From Oscillospiraceae bacterium (GTDB taxonomy: Bacteria; Bacillota; Clostridia; Oscillospirales; CAG-272): a DNA stretch of 64,000 nucleotides. The position numbers and the translations under genes are program-made. Below, piece after piece: positions 54,721 to 64,000 of this stretch (positions within the stretch are counted from its first letter, which is position 1; each line of letters starts with the position of its first letter). The stretch spans positions 8,017 through 72,016 of the forward strand of contig SVTI01000001.1 in the NCBI GenBank assembly GCA_015063855.1, read 5' to 3'. Under the pieces are notes generated by a model. That model did not search any database. It was not told the DNA's origin and worked only from the letters and a program-made list of their open reading frames with translations.

Positions 54721-55227
54721 ATGGCAGTATTGGGAATAATGATTGGTATATTTCTATACGAATATACCGATTTCTTCGCAGCACTGCGTCAAGAGAGCAT
54801 AGACACAGACTCTAAGCCCGAATTCAATACGCTTATCTCTCTTATATCCGGGGAGATAAAGCTTATAGCTTTGATCTTCATATCAGGCTTTACGCTTTTC
54901 AGTCCCTATGTCATCCCCCTTGTCTTAGTGTATAAAGGCTTTATGACAGGCTTTGCTACCCTCTATTACGGCATGCAGTACAGAAATTCGGTTCTCGATA
55001 CCCGATGCTTTATCGTGATAAGCACTTCTCTGATACTTACGGTCATAGTATTTATTATAATGGGGGCAAAGGGCTCGGTCTTTGGCTCAGCATTAAAATA
55101 TGCTGCTCCCGACATCTCATTTATTTTCAAACAGCAATTCACCAAGGATTATTTTACCGTATTTTTGCTGATGACAGCTTTCCTTGTTTTGCTGACAGCA
55201 TCAAAATATTTTATTGTATATATATAA
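54721..55227 (+). CDS. Hypothetical membrane protein (SpoIIM-like topology?)
   Basis: 168 aa, multi-TM. The frame stays open upstream to 54646 (..SEEQKRYRNNFILLCL) without a canonical start, so the true start is uncertain. Confidence 0.45.
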   Translation: MAVLGIMIGIFLYEYTDFFAALRQESIDTDSKPEFNTLISLISGEIKLIALIFISGFTLFSPYVIPLVLVYKGFMTGFATLYYGMQYRNSVLDTRCFIVISTSLILTVIVFIIMGAKGSVFGSALKYAAPDISFIFKQQFTKDYFTVFLLMTAFLVLLTASKYFIVYI

Positions 55228-55257
55228 AGCGACTTATGGTCACAAAAGGATGTAAAA

Positions 55258-56181
55258 ATGGAAAACGAACTCAAACCAATCAAGCAGAAAAAACATTTTC
55301 TCTACAATCTTTTTAACCCCCAAGGTAACGGCAAGGGGGTAGAAAAGCTCCCTGAGGGACCCGACAATATTTCAAAGTGCTTTAAGCTCTTAGGAAGAAA
55401 TATATCGAATATGTTCTATCTCAATCTCTTATTCATATTCGGAAATTTTCCTATATTCTTCGGACTTTTGGGATTCTACTTCATGGAGAGTACCACTGCT
55501 GCTTCATCCTCACTTTTCGGACCTGTAAGCGGTGCTGTAGCATTTAATGCATCCCCTGTAACAGCAGCACTCTTCGGTGTGCACGGCGCACAGGTAGCCA
55601 CCAACGTTCCCTCGAGCACCTCCTACCTCTTCTGGTTGCTTACCTTACTTGTAATATTCACCTTCGGCTTTGTTAACGTAGGCTGTGCATATATTATGAG
55701 AGCCATAGTCAAGGGACAACATTTTTCCCTCTTCTCCGACTTTTTCTCTGCAATCAAGAGAAATCTTAAGCAGGGCTTCTTCATGGGTATTGTGGATGCC
55801 ATACTTATCGCGGCATGCGTATATGCAATGGCATTCTACTATATGGTAGGATCACAGCTCTTCCTCGTTTCCATAATAATGATGTGCTTCTATGTTATGA
55901 TGCGTTATTATTTCTATATAATGCTCATTACCTTTGATCTCAGCATATGGAAGATAATCAAGAACTCACTTATATTCACCCTTTTAGGATTCAAGAGAAA
56001 TATCCTCGCCTTTATCGGAGGACTCCTTATGATATTCATTGAATATATGGTGCTCAACATCTTTATGCCCTTGGGTATTATTTTCCCCTTCGTACTCTTC
56101 TTCTCAGTTCCTATGTTCTTCGGTACCTTCGCTGCATATCCGAAGGTAAAGGAGATAATGATAGACCCTCAGCTTCAGTAA
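55258..56181 (+). CDS. Integral membrane protein (DUF624/YesL-like)
   Basis: 307 aa, polytopic. Family resemblance only. Confidence 0.5.
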   Translation: MENELKPIKQKKHFLYNLFNPQGNGKGVEKLPEGPDNISKCFKLLGRNISNMFYLNLLFIFGNFPIFFGLLGFYFMESTTAASSSLFGPVSGAVAFNASPVTAALFGVHGAQVATNVPSSTSYLFWLLTLLVIFTFGFVNVGCAYIMRAIVKGQHFSLFSDFFSAIKRNLKQGFFMGIVDAILIAACVYAMAFYYMVGSQLFLVSIIMMCFYVMMRYYFYIMLITFDLSIWKIIKNSLIFTLLGFKRNILAFIGGLLMIFIEYMVLNIFMPLGIIFPFVLFFSVPMFFGTFAAYPKVKEIMIDPQLQ

Positions 56182-56184
56182 TCC

Positions 56185-56673
56185 GTGACTCTTCATTCGA
56201 TACCGCCCGTATATGATAAAAACTCTCGTATCCTGATCCTCGGAAGTTTTCCTTCTGTTAAATCAAGGGAAGAGGGTTTCTTCTACGGGCATGTACAAAA
56301 CCGATTCTGGAGAGTTATTTCTGCGGTGTTCGAGGAGCCTGTTCCCGAAAACATTGAGAAAAAGAAACAGCTTCTCCTCAACTGCGGAATCGCTCTCTGG
56401 GACGTAATAGGCTCATGTGACATTACAGGAAGCTCGGATTCTTCCATCAAAAACGTTATTCCTAACGACCTTTCTGCAATACTTGATGCTTGCAGCATCA
56501 CGGCTATCTATACAAACGGAAAAACAGCGGAAAAATATTATAATAAATATATCGGCAATAAGATAGGCCGCAATTCGGTCTGTCTTCCTTCCACATCACC
56601 CGCAAACGCGGCATGGAGTCTTGAAAGGCTTATAAACGAATGGAATATTATAAAGACGGGATTACAAGTTTAA
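56185..56673 (+). CDS. Uracil-DNA-glycosylase-superfamily protein (DNA-deoxyinosine glycosylase-like)
   Basis: GTG start. Motif: RILILGSFPSVKSREEGFFYGHVQNRFW. Confidence 0.65.
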   Translation: MTLHSIPPVYDKNSRILILGSFPSVKSREEGFFYGHVQNRFWRVISAVFEEPVPENIEKKKQLLLNCGIALWDVIGSCDITGSSDSSIKNVIPNDLSAILDACSITAIYTNGKTAEKYYNKYIGNKIGRNSVCLPSTSPANAAWSLERLINEWNIIKTGLQV

Positions 56674-56686
56674 TCCCGTCTTCTTG

Positions 56687-57363
56687 TTATCCCAACAATT
56701 CGGACACCGTCACGAAGCTGTAGCCAAGCTCCTTAAGTCTTGGTATCAATAGTTTGAGTGCTGCAGGGGTAGGCGATTCTCCCGACACGAAATCATGGAA
56801 AAGCACGATCGAACCGTCGGCAGAATTATTCACCACGTTATTAACTATATTATCAACCGGACTGTGTGCCCAATCACGGGTATCCACCGACCAGAGGATA
56901 ACGTCGTATCCGAGTGATTCGATAAATTCACAGTTTTCACGCGAGGCATAACCCTCGACAGGACGAAAGAGCTTAGGCATATATTCGTTCTCAGAAAGTA
57001 ATATTTCCTCACACCGTTCTATCTCTGCGGCTATATCGGCATTATTGAGATTTGAGATGTTTTTATGAGAATAGGTGTGGTTTGCCACCTCGTGACCCTC
57101 CCTTATCTCACGCTCCACTATTTCGGGAAATCTCTCCACGTTCTCTCCCACGGTAAAAAGGTAGCACTGACACCTTCATTCTTCAGTATATCAAGTATCT
57201 CCTCGGTATATTTGTAATGAGGCCCATCGTCAAAGGTAAGCGCTATTCGCTTTTTGCACTCCTTGGCCTCACCGTGGTATATCGGATTTGCCGATATGCA
57301 AGAACTGCACAAACTTAATACCATGAGCGTACAAATAACAAATTTACCTTTTACAAAGCTCAT
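56687..57363 (-). pseudogene. Polysaccharide deacetylase (NodB domain) split by a frameshift in a T5/A5 run
   Basis: Track ORFs 57118..57363 (..[20 protein letters not shown]) and 56687..57151 ([18 protein letters not shown]) are halves of one NodB domain. Adding one base at 57155-57159 restores ..SATFFTVGENV. Confidence 0.7.
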
Positions 57364-58135
57364 TTAGATCACCAAACCTATATCCTTGTTTTTCCCACTC
57401 ACAAAGCAGACCTTCAAGTATTTCGGCATTGGTGGCTGAGGTGGGATGAAGCAGAAGCACCATTCCGTTATGGGTATTTTTTAAAATAAGTTCCTTTGCA
57501 TTTTCGGGATCGGGCTGTCTTTGATTATCCCAATCGGCATAAGCAAGACTCCAAAACACCGTATCATATCCCAGCTCATCGGCAAACTTCATATTTTCCT
57601 CGCTGAACTTACCCTCGGGCGGACGATAGAACTTAGCCATCTCATTACCCGTATATTCCTTATATACGGCTTCAAGATCATTTAATTCTTTCGCAAAGCT
57701 GTCCCTGTCACAAAGGGTGGTCATGTCCTTATGACTGGCAGTATGATTACACACAAGATGACCTTCCTTTGCCATACGCTTTACAAGCTCGGTATCCCTC
57801 TTTATAAGATTTTCAAGAATAAAGAACGCACCGGGAGCATTATGCTTTTCAAGGGTATCAAGGATCTTTGCTACATTTCCGTTTTCATACCCTGCATCGA
57901 AGGTCAGGTAAATGACCTTGTTTTTCTCATCAGCCCTTTTGTCTAGATAAAATCCGTCGTATTTCTCTATAAAGGACATTTGAGGCTCAAGTATCGGCTG
58001 CTCGTTTCCCTTTCTCATACAGTACCACGAATGGGTCTGCCGCGATGCTGAAAATGAAGAAAGAGGCATTGAAATGAACAGAGAAAAAATTAATAAAAAG
58101 GTAAAAATCAACTTTTTAATTTTAATCACCTCCAT
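57344..58135 (-). CDS. pdaA: Polysaccharide deacetylase, PdaA-like (spore cortex delta-lactam synthesis type)
   Basis: 263 aa with motifs [13 protein letters not shown] and [12 protein letters not shown], plus a signal peptide. Confidence 0.65.
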   Translation of the reverse strand: MEVIKIKKLIFTFLLIFSLFISMPLSSFSASRQTHSWYCMRKGNEQPILEPQMSFIEKYDGFYLDKRADEKNKVIYLTFDAGYENGNVAKILDTLEKHNAPGAFFILENLIKRDTELVKRMAKEGHLVCNHTASHKDMTTLCDRDSFAKELNDLEAVYKEYTGNEMAKFYRPPEGKFSEENMKFADELGYDTVFWSLAYADWDNQRQPDPENAKELILKNTHNGMVLLLHPTSATNAEILEGLLCEWEKQGYRFGDLNELCKR

Positions 58136-58250
58136 TCTAATTTTGTGTAAAACTACGTATAATACTCTCTGTAATTATTGCAATTTCTTTAAGTATATGA
58201 TAAAATAGATAAACGGTAAAAATCTGATTTTTTATTAATAAGAGGTTACT

Positions 58251-58991
58251 ATGCCAAGATTTTTTACAGATGAAAGCATGATAAATGATAATAATATAAA
58301 AATAACGGGACCTGACGTTAACCACATCAGGAATGTTCTCCGCATGCAGGAGGGTGAATCCATTACCGTATGTGATGGTAATGGTACAGACCACAAATGT
58401 ATCATTTCATCCATTGACCGCGAAGAAATAATCCTTGATATAAAATCATCCTCACCTTCGTCAAGCGAGCTCGGACAAAGGCTGTATCTCTTCCAGGGCC
58501 TTCCAAAATCGGATAAAATGGAGCTTATAATCCAGAAAGCGGTAGAGTTGGGGGTATATGAAATAATCCCCGTAGCTACCATGCGCGCCATAGTTAAGAT
58601 AGATGCTAAAAAAGAGGATAAAAAAATAGCCCGTTGGCAGCAGATAGCGCAAGCTGCAGCCAAGCAATCGGGCAGAGGTGTTATTCCAAAAATTAAAAAT
58701 CCCATGACCTTTAAAGAGGCATTAAGCTATGCCTCGGAGCTTGACGGCGTTATAATCCCGTACGAAAACGCCGAGGGTATTGAGCATGCAAGAAATGTGA
58801 TATCAGAGCTTAAGGACAAAAACTCTGTAGGTATATTTATAGGTCCCGAGGGTGGGTTTGATACAACCGAGATAGAAGCGGCACAAAAAAGCAACGTTAT
58901 TCCGATCTCATTGGGAAAACGAATTCTCCGTACCGAAACCGCAGGTCTTACAATACTTTCAATATTAATGTTCCAGGCAGAAAAAGATTAA
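58251..58991 (+). CDS. rsmE: 16S rRNA (uracil1498-N3)-methyltransferase
   Basis: MPRFF start, with motifs LFQGLPKSDKMELIIQKAVELGV and GPEGGF. Confidence 0.85.
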   Translation: MPRFFTDESMINDNNIKITGPDVNHIRNVLRMQEGESITVCDGNGTDHKCIISSIDREEIILDIKSSSPSSSELGQRLYLFQGLPKSDKMELIIQKAVELGVYEIIPVATMRAIVKIDAKKEDKKIARWQQIAQAAAKQSGRGVIPKIKNPMTFKEALSYASELDGVIIPYENAEGIEHARNVISELKDKNSVGIFIGPEGGFDTTEIEAAQKSNVIPISLGKRILRTETAGLTILSILMFQAEKD

Positions 58992-59311
58992 AGAGGCTCT
59001 TGTGAGCCTCTTTCAGACTGTCGAAAAAGTCGGTCGGACGTGTGAAATTAATAATTATTAAAAGTTTTATTCTCCCAAAAAGATTTTTTAATAATTAACA
59101 TCTGGTACCCCAAACCAACCGAATAAGCGTTCAAAAAGGGCTAAAACATCGAGTTTCAGCCCTTTTTTCACACTTTTCCGCGAAAAGCCTCACTACCGTA
59201 CTTAGTACGCCTACGGAGACTTTTCACGAAAACCTACCATCCTTTTTCAACGTCTGCCAGCTTGTCGATAGGTTTATCGACAAGCTGAAAGAGGCTCTTG
59301 TGAGCCTCTTT
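58990..59311. repeat. 24-bp perfect direct repeat of a bidirectional terminator (aaagaggctcttgtgagcctcttt) bracketing a 274-bp multi-hairpin insert
   Basis: The copies are at 58990-59013 and 59288-59311. The insert carries at least 6 hairpins (for example cttttccgcgaaaag, gtacttagtac, cagcttgtcgata..tatcgacaagctg) linked by TTCAC / CTCAC / TTTTCAC and GTGAAA motifs. Confidence 0.7.
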
Positions 59312-59527
59312 TTAATATTTATCTGTTTCGATATATTCCTCTCTCTGTCTGAAAAGAAGGGATATACACCAAAGAGCTGCAAGTCCTACCAACGTATAAA
59401 TGATACGGCTCACAAGCTCGGTCTGTCCACCGAACAGCCAAGCCACGATATCAAAACGGAACAAACCGATGCTGCCCCAGTTGATACCGCCGATGATTGC
59501 AAGTATAAGTGCGATCCTGTCAAGCAT
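59312..59527 (-). CDS. DUF378-type small membrane protein
   Basis: Sequence begins MLDRIALILAIIGGINWGSIGLFRFDIVAWLFG. Confidence 0.7.
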   Translation of the reverse strand: MLDRIALILAIIGGINWGSIGLFRFDIVAWLFGGQTELVSRIIYTLVGLAALWCISLLFRQREEYIETDKY

Positions 59528-59582
59528 ATTAAAAACTCCTTTTGTTTTATTACACTTGTAGTTTGCACCAATATTTCAATTT

Positions 59583-60557
59583 TTATTCACTGATATCCTC
59601 GATCGAGTCTTCTTCGCTGATTTCTTCTTCGGGAAGGTCGGCCGGAGCCTCGTAGGGTATCTCTGTAATGATTATATCACCGTCATACACCTTACCTGCA
59701 ACATCAATAGGCTGATATCTGAGAACCTCTTCCTCACCATCCGAATTGGTTACAAGCTCTGCTCTTTCGGCCTTTGGGAATATCATTCCCTTTTCGATCT
59801 CGATATATTCATCACCGTCTATGGTTATAATACCTGTATCGCATTCAAGCTTGGTAAAACGGCACTGCCTATGAAGCTTAAGATGAGCATCACCGCCGGT
59901 AACAGTAAAATCAAGGGCTTCTATATAAGCGGAATCAGCATAGAAATCTCCGCCCTTTACCGTTGCCTTCACCTTACCCTTGGTTTCCATGTCCTTAAAG
60001 GATATGTCACCCTTTTTCGTTTCAAGAGTATAAACACAGTTTACCGTGGTTTCCTCTACGCTGATACTGCCGTTATTAAGGGTCACATTCATCTTACCCA
60101 CGTTGGAGGTATCGGTTATATAAATATTTACTGAAGCTGCCTTATCTTCGTACTCATCAAGATAGAGATAGCTTCGCAGACCCGAGAAGGGCGAGCCGTT
60201 CTCACGGAGCTTGATAAAGGATTTGATATTAAAGGGCTTTATGGTCTTAAGCTCCATTGTTCCGTTGGAGATCTTATAATCATAAACCGCAGGATTGATA
60301 TTTACAAATTCGATATAGGATTTTTTTGCTGTGCGGATAACGTTTATATCCACATCCTTCATGTTGATTTCAAAGGATGTAACGTTATATGCATCGAGGT
60401 CATCTCTGGTTATTGCATTGCCATCCTTATCTATCTCGTCACAGATAAGCTCAATACCCTTACTGTCAGCGCTTTCTGCACTTACAGAGCAGATTATTAT
60501 TCCGACTGCGAGAAGCACTACAGACAATATCAAGAAAATTATAGACGTAGGTTTCAT
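59583..60557 (-). CDS. Membrane-anchored beta-rich protein (DUF4097-like putative adhesin fold)
   Basis: Start set at MKPTSIIFLILSVVLLAV (TAATG overlap with the upstream stop). The C-terminal tail is acidic. Confidence 0.55.
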   Translation of the reverse strand: MKPTSIIFLILSVVLLAVGIIICSVSAESADSKGIELICDEIDKDGNAITRDDLDAYNVTSFEINMKDVDINVIRTAKKSYIEFVNINPAVYDYKISNGTMELKTIKPFNIKSFIKLRENGSPFSGLRSYLYLDEYEDKAASVNIYITDTSNVGKMNVTLNNGSISVEETTVNCVYTLETKKGDISFKDMETKGKVKATVKGGDFYADSAYIEALDFTVTGGDAHLKLHRQCRFTKLECDTGIITIDGDEYIEIEKGMIFPKAERAELVTNSDGEEEVLRYQPIDVAGKVYDGDIIITEIPYEAPADLPEEEISEEDSIEDISE

Positions 60558-61627
60558 TATCTGCCACACTCCTTCTTAGCCTTATTGAAAAGCATGATCA
60601 ACTGCTTAACTACCAATTTCAAAAGCTTTGTAAGCCACTTGTAAAGCAGAGGTGAGAATCGGATAGCGAGATTATACATAAGCACAGATAAAAGCATGGT
60701 CAAAGAACCTACGATAATACCGATACCAACCTCATACATACCAAGAGGAGCAATCTTGAAGGCAAGTATTGCGCCGTAAATAATACCAACAAGAGACACG
60801 ATCGTACCCATCGTTACAACAGCAACGATAGCACCGCACAAAGCAACTATAAGTAGGGTTATCGCAACGTAAACTGAAGCAAATACACCTGCACCGAGCA
60901 GAAGTACGGGACAGATTATGGGAAGGAGAAGGACAAATATTGTCCAAAAGAGAGGCGTACCCTTGATCTTTTCCTTCTTTTCACTTTCTTTGAATCTTTT
61001 ATCAGTCCTTTTAGGCTTTTCTCCTGCTTTTTTTAAGGAGGAGGTATCAACGAGAAAATCACTACCCTCTTCCTCGATAAACTCATCGTCTACGGCATCG
61101 TTGAGTGCTTCTGACTCATCGAACGCAACATCGGGACGCTCTTCGGGATCCACAGCCTCTATAATAGGATCTCCATCATCCTCAAAAACGCTGCGAAGCT
61201 CGTTCACCTCTTCATTTTCGGCTTCGTTTTTTGCGATGATCTCATCATTCTCAGCAATAGCACGCTCGATAGCCAAGCGTTTAAGCTCCTCTGCCTTTTC
61301 CTGATTTCTTCTCTCCTCCTCAGCCTCTCTTGCAAGAACCTCAAGAATATCCTCAGGAGCCTCGTCATGCTCCTCATCTTCGGTTATTGCATCAGCTTCG
61401 GGCGTATCAGTATTGCCTGCTGATTTTGATTCAATATACTTACTGTACACGGTATCCGCCATATCATCGACATCGGCCTCGCCGGGATTCTGTCTTGCGA
61501 ATTCCTCGTCGCTTATGGTATCAAGATATTCCCGTACCTTGGCAACACAAATATCGATCTCATCATCCATCAGAGAAAACTTTGTCAGCCTTTGGGACAG
61601 CTCGGCAAGAAAAGTAATCTTGTCCAT
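60557..61627 (-). CDS. DUF1700-like membrane protein with long acidic linker
   Basis: Start trimmed to MDKITFLAELSQRL (AAGGAGA RBS). It has an acidic middle region and C-terminal TM helices. Pairing with a DUF4097-like gene is a common arrangement. Confidence 0.55.
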   Translation of the reverse strand: MDKITFLAELSQRLTKFSLMDDEIDICVAKVREYLDTISDEEFARQNPGEADVDDMADTVYSKYIESKSAGNTDTPEADAITEDEEHDEAPEDILEVLAREAEEERRNQEKAEELKRLAIERAIAENDEIIAKNEAENEEVNELRSVFEDDGDPIIEAVDPEERPDVAFDESEALNDAVDDEFIEEEGSDFLVDTSSLKKAGEKPKRTDKRFKESEKKEKIKGTPLFWTIFVLLLPIICPVLLLGAGVFASVYVAITLLIVALCGAIVAVVTMGTIVSLVGIIYGAILAFKIAPLGMYEVGIGIIVGSLTMLLSVLMYNLAIRFSPLLYKWLTKLLKLVVKQLIMLFNKAKKECGR

Positions 61628-61745
61628 TCTAAAATTCTCCTTAAAAATTATCAAAAAGTCTTTATTTTTGACTTAATATATAGTATAATATAGAAAAATC
61701 ACATAATCAATATATAGTATAACACATGGAGAAGAAAATTTCAAT

Positions 61746-62876
61746 ATGAGAATGCGAAAAAAAAAGAACTCTGAGTCACGTTTAGAGCTTTGCTTAGAGC
61801 TTTTGCTGAATTCAAGAAACGAAATCACTGAATTTCCCGTAACAGTTGAGATCGGATGCGGCAAGGGTAAGTTCATTTTAGAAACTGCCAAGCGTAATCC
61901 CGACGTCAATTATATCGCCATTGAGAAGATTCCGGATGTGGCACTCCTTGCTATGGAGAAGGTAAAGGAGGCAGGGCTTACCAATGTAAGATTCATCATC
62001 GGTGATGCTCTTTCTCTTCCCCAATATTTCAAAAAAGGTGAAATAGAACGCATCTATCTCAATTTCAGCGATCCCTGGCCTAAAAGCGGTCATACACGCC
62101 GCCGTCTTACCTACCGTGGATTCCTCGAAATGTACAAGGGACTCTTAGCTCCTAACGGTGAGATAGTGTTCAAAACAGACAACCGTCCCCTCTTCGACTT
62201 CTCGGTTGAGGAATTTAAATATATGGGCTTTGAGCTTGAGGATCTCACGTATGACCTTCACAACAGTGAGTATGCCGCTGACAATGTAGTAACAGAGTAT
62301 GAGGCAAACTTCTCTGCCAAGGGCTTTTCTATAAACCGTGTACGAGCAAAAATGAACCGTATTACCAACCTGGAGGTCAGAAAAGCAAACATTTCCGAGC
62401 TTGACAGGATAATGGAAATGGTGGCACAGGCTCAGGAATATATGAGAGAAGCAGGCTTCTGTCAGTGGGACAACGGCTATCCCTCCCGCGAGCTTATTTC
62501 GGAGGATATAGAGAAGGGCAATCGTTATGTCGTATGCGAGGGAGATACTGTTATGGCAAGCGCAGGCATATTCTTCGGAGAAGAACCCGATTACAAGGAA
62601 ATATATGACGGTAAATGGATAAACGAATCTCCCTATCTCTCAATACACCGTATCTGTGTTGATAACAGCTCCAAGGGTATGGGGCTTGGGGGTGCGTTGG
62701 TACGCTGTGCCGAGGAAATCGGAAGAAATAACAATATCAAGAATCTTCGTTGTGATACCCACGAGGAAAACAAGTCGATGCGCCGTATGCTTGAGAAAAA
62801 CGGTTTTGTCCATTGTGGTACCATCCATCTCTCCGACGGCTCTCCCCGAGTTGCTTATCATAAAAAGATGAGATAA
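61746..62876 (+). CDS. trmB: tRNA (guanine46-N7)-methyltransferase TrmB fused to a C-terminal GNAT acetyltransferase domain
   Basis: N-terminal motifs: EIGCGKGKFI and NFSDPWPKSGH. The C-terminal ~165 aa has a GNAT pattern (HRICVDNSSKGMGLGGALV). Confidence 0.75.
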   Translation: MRMRKKKNSESRLELCLELLLNSRNEITEFPVTVEIGCGKGKFILETAKRNPDVNYIAIEKIPDVALLAMEKVKEAGLTNVRFIIGDALSLPQYFKKGEIERIYLNFSDPWPKSGHTRRRLTYRGFLEMYKGLLAPNGEIVFKTDNRPLFDFSVEEFKYMGFELEDLTYDLHNSEYAADNVVTEYEANFSAKGFSINRVRAKMNRITNLEVRKANISELDRIMEMVAQAQEYMREAGFCQWDNGYPSRELISEDIEKGNRYVVCEGDTVMASAGIFFGEEPDYKEIYDGKWINESPYLSIHRICVDNSSKGMGLGGALVRCAEEIGRNNNIKNLRCDTHEENKSMRRMLEKNGFVHCGTIHLSDGSPRVAYHKKMR

Positions 62877-62920
62877 AATTTTATAAATGCTGAAGGCACA
62901 CCATTTGGTGTGCCTTAATT

Positions 62921-64000
62921 TTATGCTTTAAGGTTAAATCCTTTATCCGCAAGCTTAGCTATGATATCGTCAACCACAGGCTGAATATCGGTTCTTGCAA
63001 GGGTCTTTTCCTTGGAGGAGAAGTAGAAGCGGATGCTGATACTCTTAACTGTACCGTCATCATAGTTATCAACTACAGATGCACCGGTAAGATACTCATA
63101 ATCCGCACCCTGCCATACTGTCGTAAGGTCGCTGTACTTGGTATCCTTTCCTATTACGAAGGAAAGGTCGATATCCATTGAAGGATACTTGGAGGGCTCA
63201 TTATAGTTTATGGGAGCCTTCTTGCTTTCTGCAAAATCGTCCATATCGATCTCACCGAATACAACGCAAGCCTTCTTTGCAACCTTAGAAGCAACGGTGG
63301 GATGTGCAGTTGCCATTTCACCGATCTTCTTGCCGTCAAGCATGATTGCAACGGTGTTCTTGGGATGCTGCCAGTTATGAGCAGGAGCGATGTTTTCAAA
63401 GGTGAAGCTCTTATGCTTGATATCGGATACAAGGTGTGCAAAGATATCACGAAGCTCGAAGAAGAGCTCTTTTTCGCTCTTCTGCTGTGAGAAGAGGAGG
63501 ATGCCGAGAGTCTTTCTCTCATTTGCCTCTCCGTTTTCGCGCTTGCCCTTAACCACACGACCTATCTCAAAGAGACCGTAGGAGGGAGCATAGCCTCTGT
63601 TCTCATGAGCCATGCATACGAGGGTGGGAACCATAGAATTACGAAGTACTGTGTGCTCAACGGTCATAGCGTTGATGACCCTTACATTGTCCTCAACATC
63701 CATGCCGAGATTCTCAAACTTCTTGGAGTCACACCAGATATAGGAGTGAACCTCATGAAGCTTGAACTTCTTAACGAGGATATCCTTTGCCTGATTGTCA
63801 TTGTTTCTGCCTGCAGATTCCTCAACAGGATAGAGAGCCGCCTTTGTGGTCTCGATCTTGAAGTTATCATAGCCGTAGATACGGGTGATCTCCTCAATGA
63901 TATCGGCAGGAATGGTAACATCCTTTGTCGCTCTCCAGGAAGGAACGATAACAGAGAAGTTGTCACCGTCATTTGTAACCTCAAAGCCGAGGGAGGTAAG
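62921..64000 (-). CDS. pheT: Phenylalanine--tRNA ligase beta subunit, C-terminal part (ORF continues past the window end)
   Basis: The track ORF 62921..63703 extends upstream in frame with no stop to 64000 (..EEITRIYGYDNFKIETTKAALYP..). The B5 and C-terminal anticodon-binding-like regions are present. Confidence 0.8.
   Translation of the reverse strand, partial: LTSLGFEVTNDGDNFSVIVPSWRATKDVTIPADIIEEITRIYGYDNFKIETTKAALYPVEESAGRNNDNQAKDILVKKFKLHEVHSYIWCDSKKFENLGMDVEDNVRVINAMTVEHTVLRNSMVPTLVCMAHENRGYAPSYGLFEIGRVVKGKRENGEANERKTLGILLFSQQKSEKELFFELRDIFAHLVSDIKHKSFTFENIAPAHNWQHPKNTVAIMLDGKKIGEMATAHPTVASKVAKKACVVFGEIDMDDFAESKKAPINYNEPSKYPSMDIDLSFVIGKDTKYSDLTTVWQGADYEYLTGASVVDNYDDGTVKSISIRFYFSSKEKTLARTDIQPVVDDIIAKLADKGFNLKA

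Overview
The window reads as a Clostridia-type (spore-forming Firmicute) chromosome segment with two AT-rich integrated elements flanking about 32 kb of GC-richer core genes. All calls come from reading the sequence and the ORF track; no database search was run.

Layout:
- 1-7.7 kb: right-hand end of a conjugative-element-like island. It carries a thioester/CnaB adhesin running off the left edge, a lipoprotein, ParB and ParA, then AT-rich cargo of unknown function. It ends at an 18-bp copy of a tRNA-Ser 3' end plus a terminator.
- 7.9-22.3 kb (minus strand): an SLH-domain wall protein, then a tightly packed 12-gene operon: mdh, fumC, hdrB, hdrC, hdrA, mvhD, three Flx-like Fe-S/flavin subunits, a soluble FrdB/FrdA-like pair, and an AAEx-family permease. 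I read this as a candidate NADH-linked, Hdr/Flx-type (possibly electron-bifurcating) fumarate reductase module. It is my top candidate for a novel system.
- 22.6-24.8 kb: an orphan, atypical glycyl-radical enzyme.
- 24.9-26.4 kb: a sigma / anti-sigma pair.
- 26.6-35.7 kb: a compact type VII secretion locus (EssC, YukD, three WXG100 genes, two unknown proteins) followed by a secreted repeat-esterase.
- 35.7-38.8 kb: SCIFF precursor (not in the ORF track), its radical-SAM maturase, and a translationally coupled PLP decarboxylase.
- 39.43-48.98 kb: tRNA-Ser(GCU) followed by a 9.5-kb AT-rich island bounded by a 21-bp repeat of the tRNA 3' end. It carries two large serine recombinases, a P4/D5-type replication helicase, two iteron clusters and many small ORFs.
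- 49-64 kb: housekeeping genes (dat, rarA, yajC, proC, pdaA, rsmE, trmB-GNAT fusion, partial pheT).

Other structure:
- Three intergenic 270-510-bp mosaics of short hairpins joined by conserved linkers. Two are large imperfect palindromes.
- Nested tRNA-fragment and terminator repeats at the island junction.
- Four reading frames broken at A/T homopolymers, which is either assembly error or real phase-variable or decayed genes.
- No CRISPR array and no rRNA.
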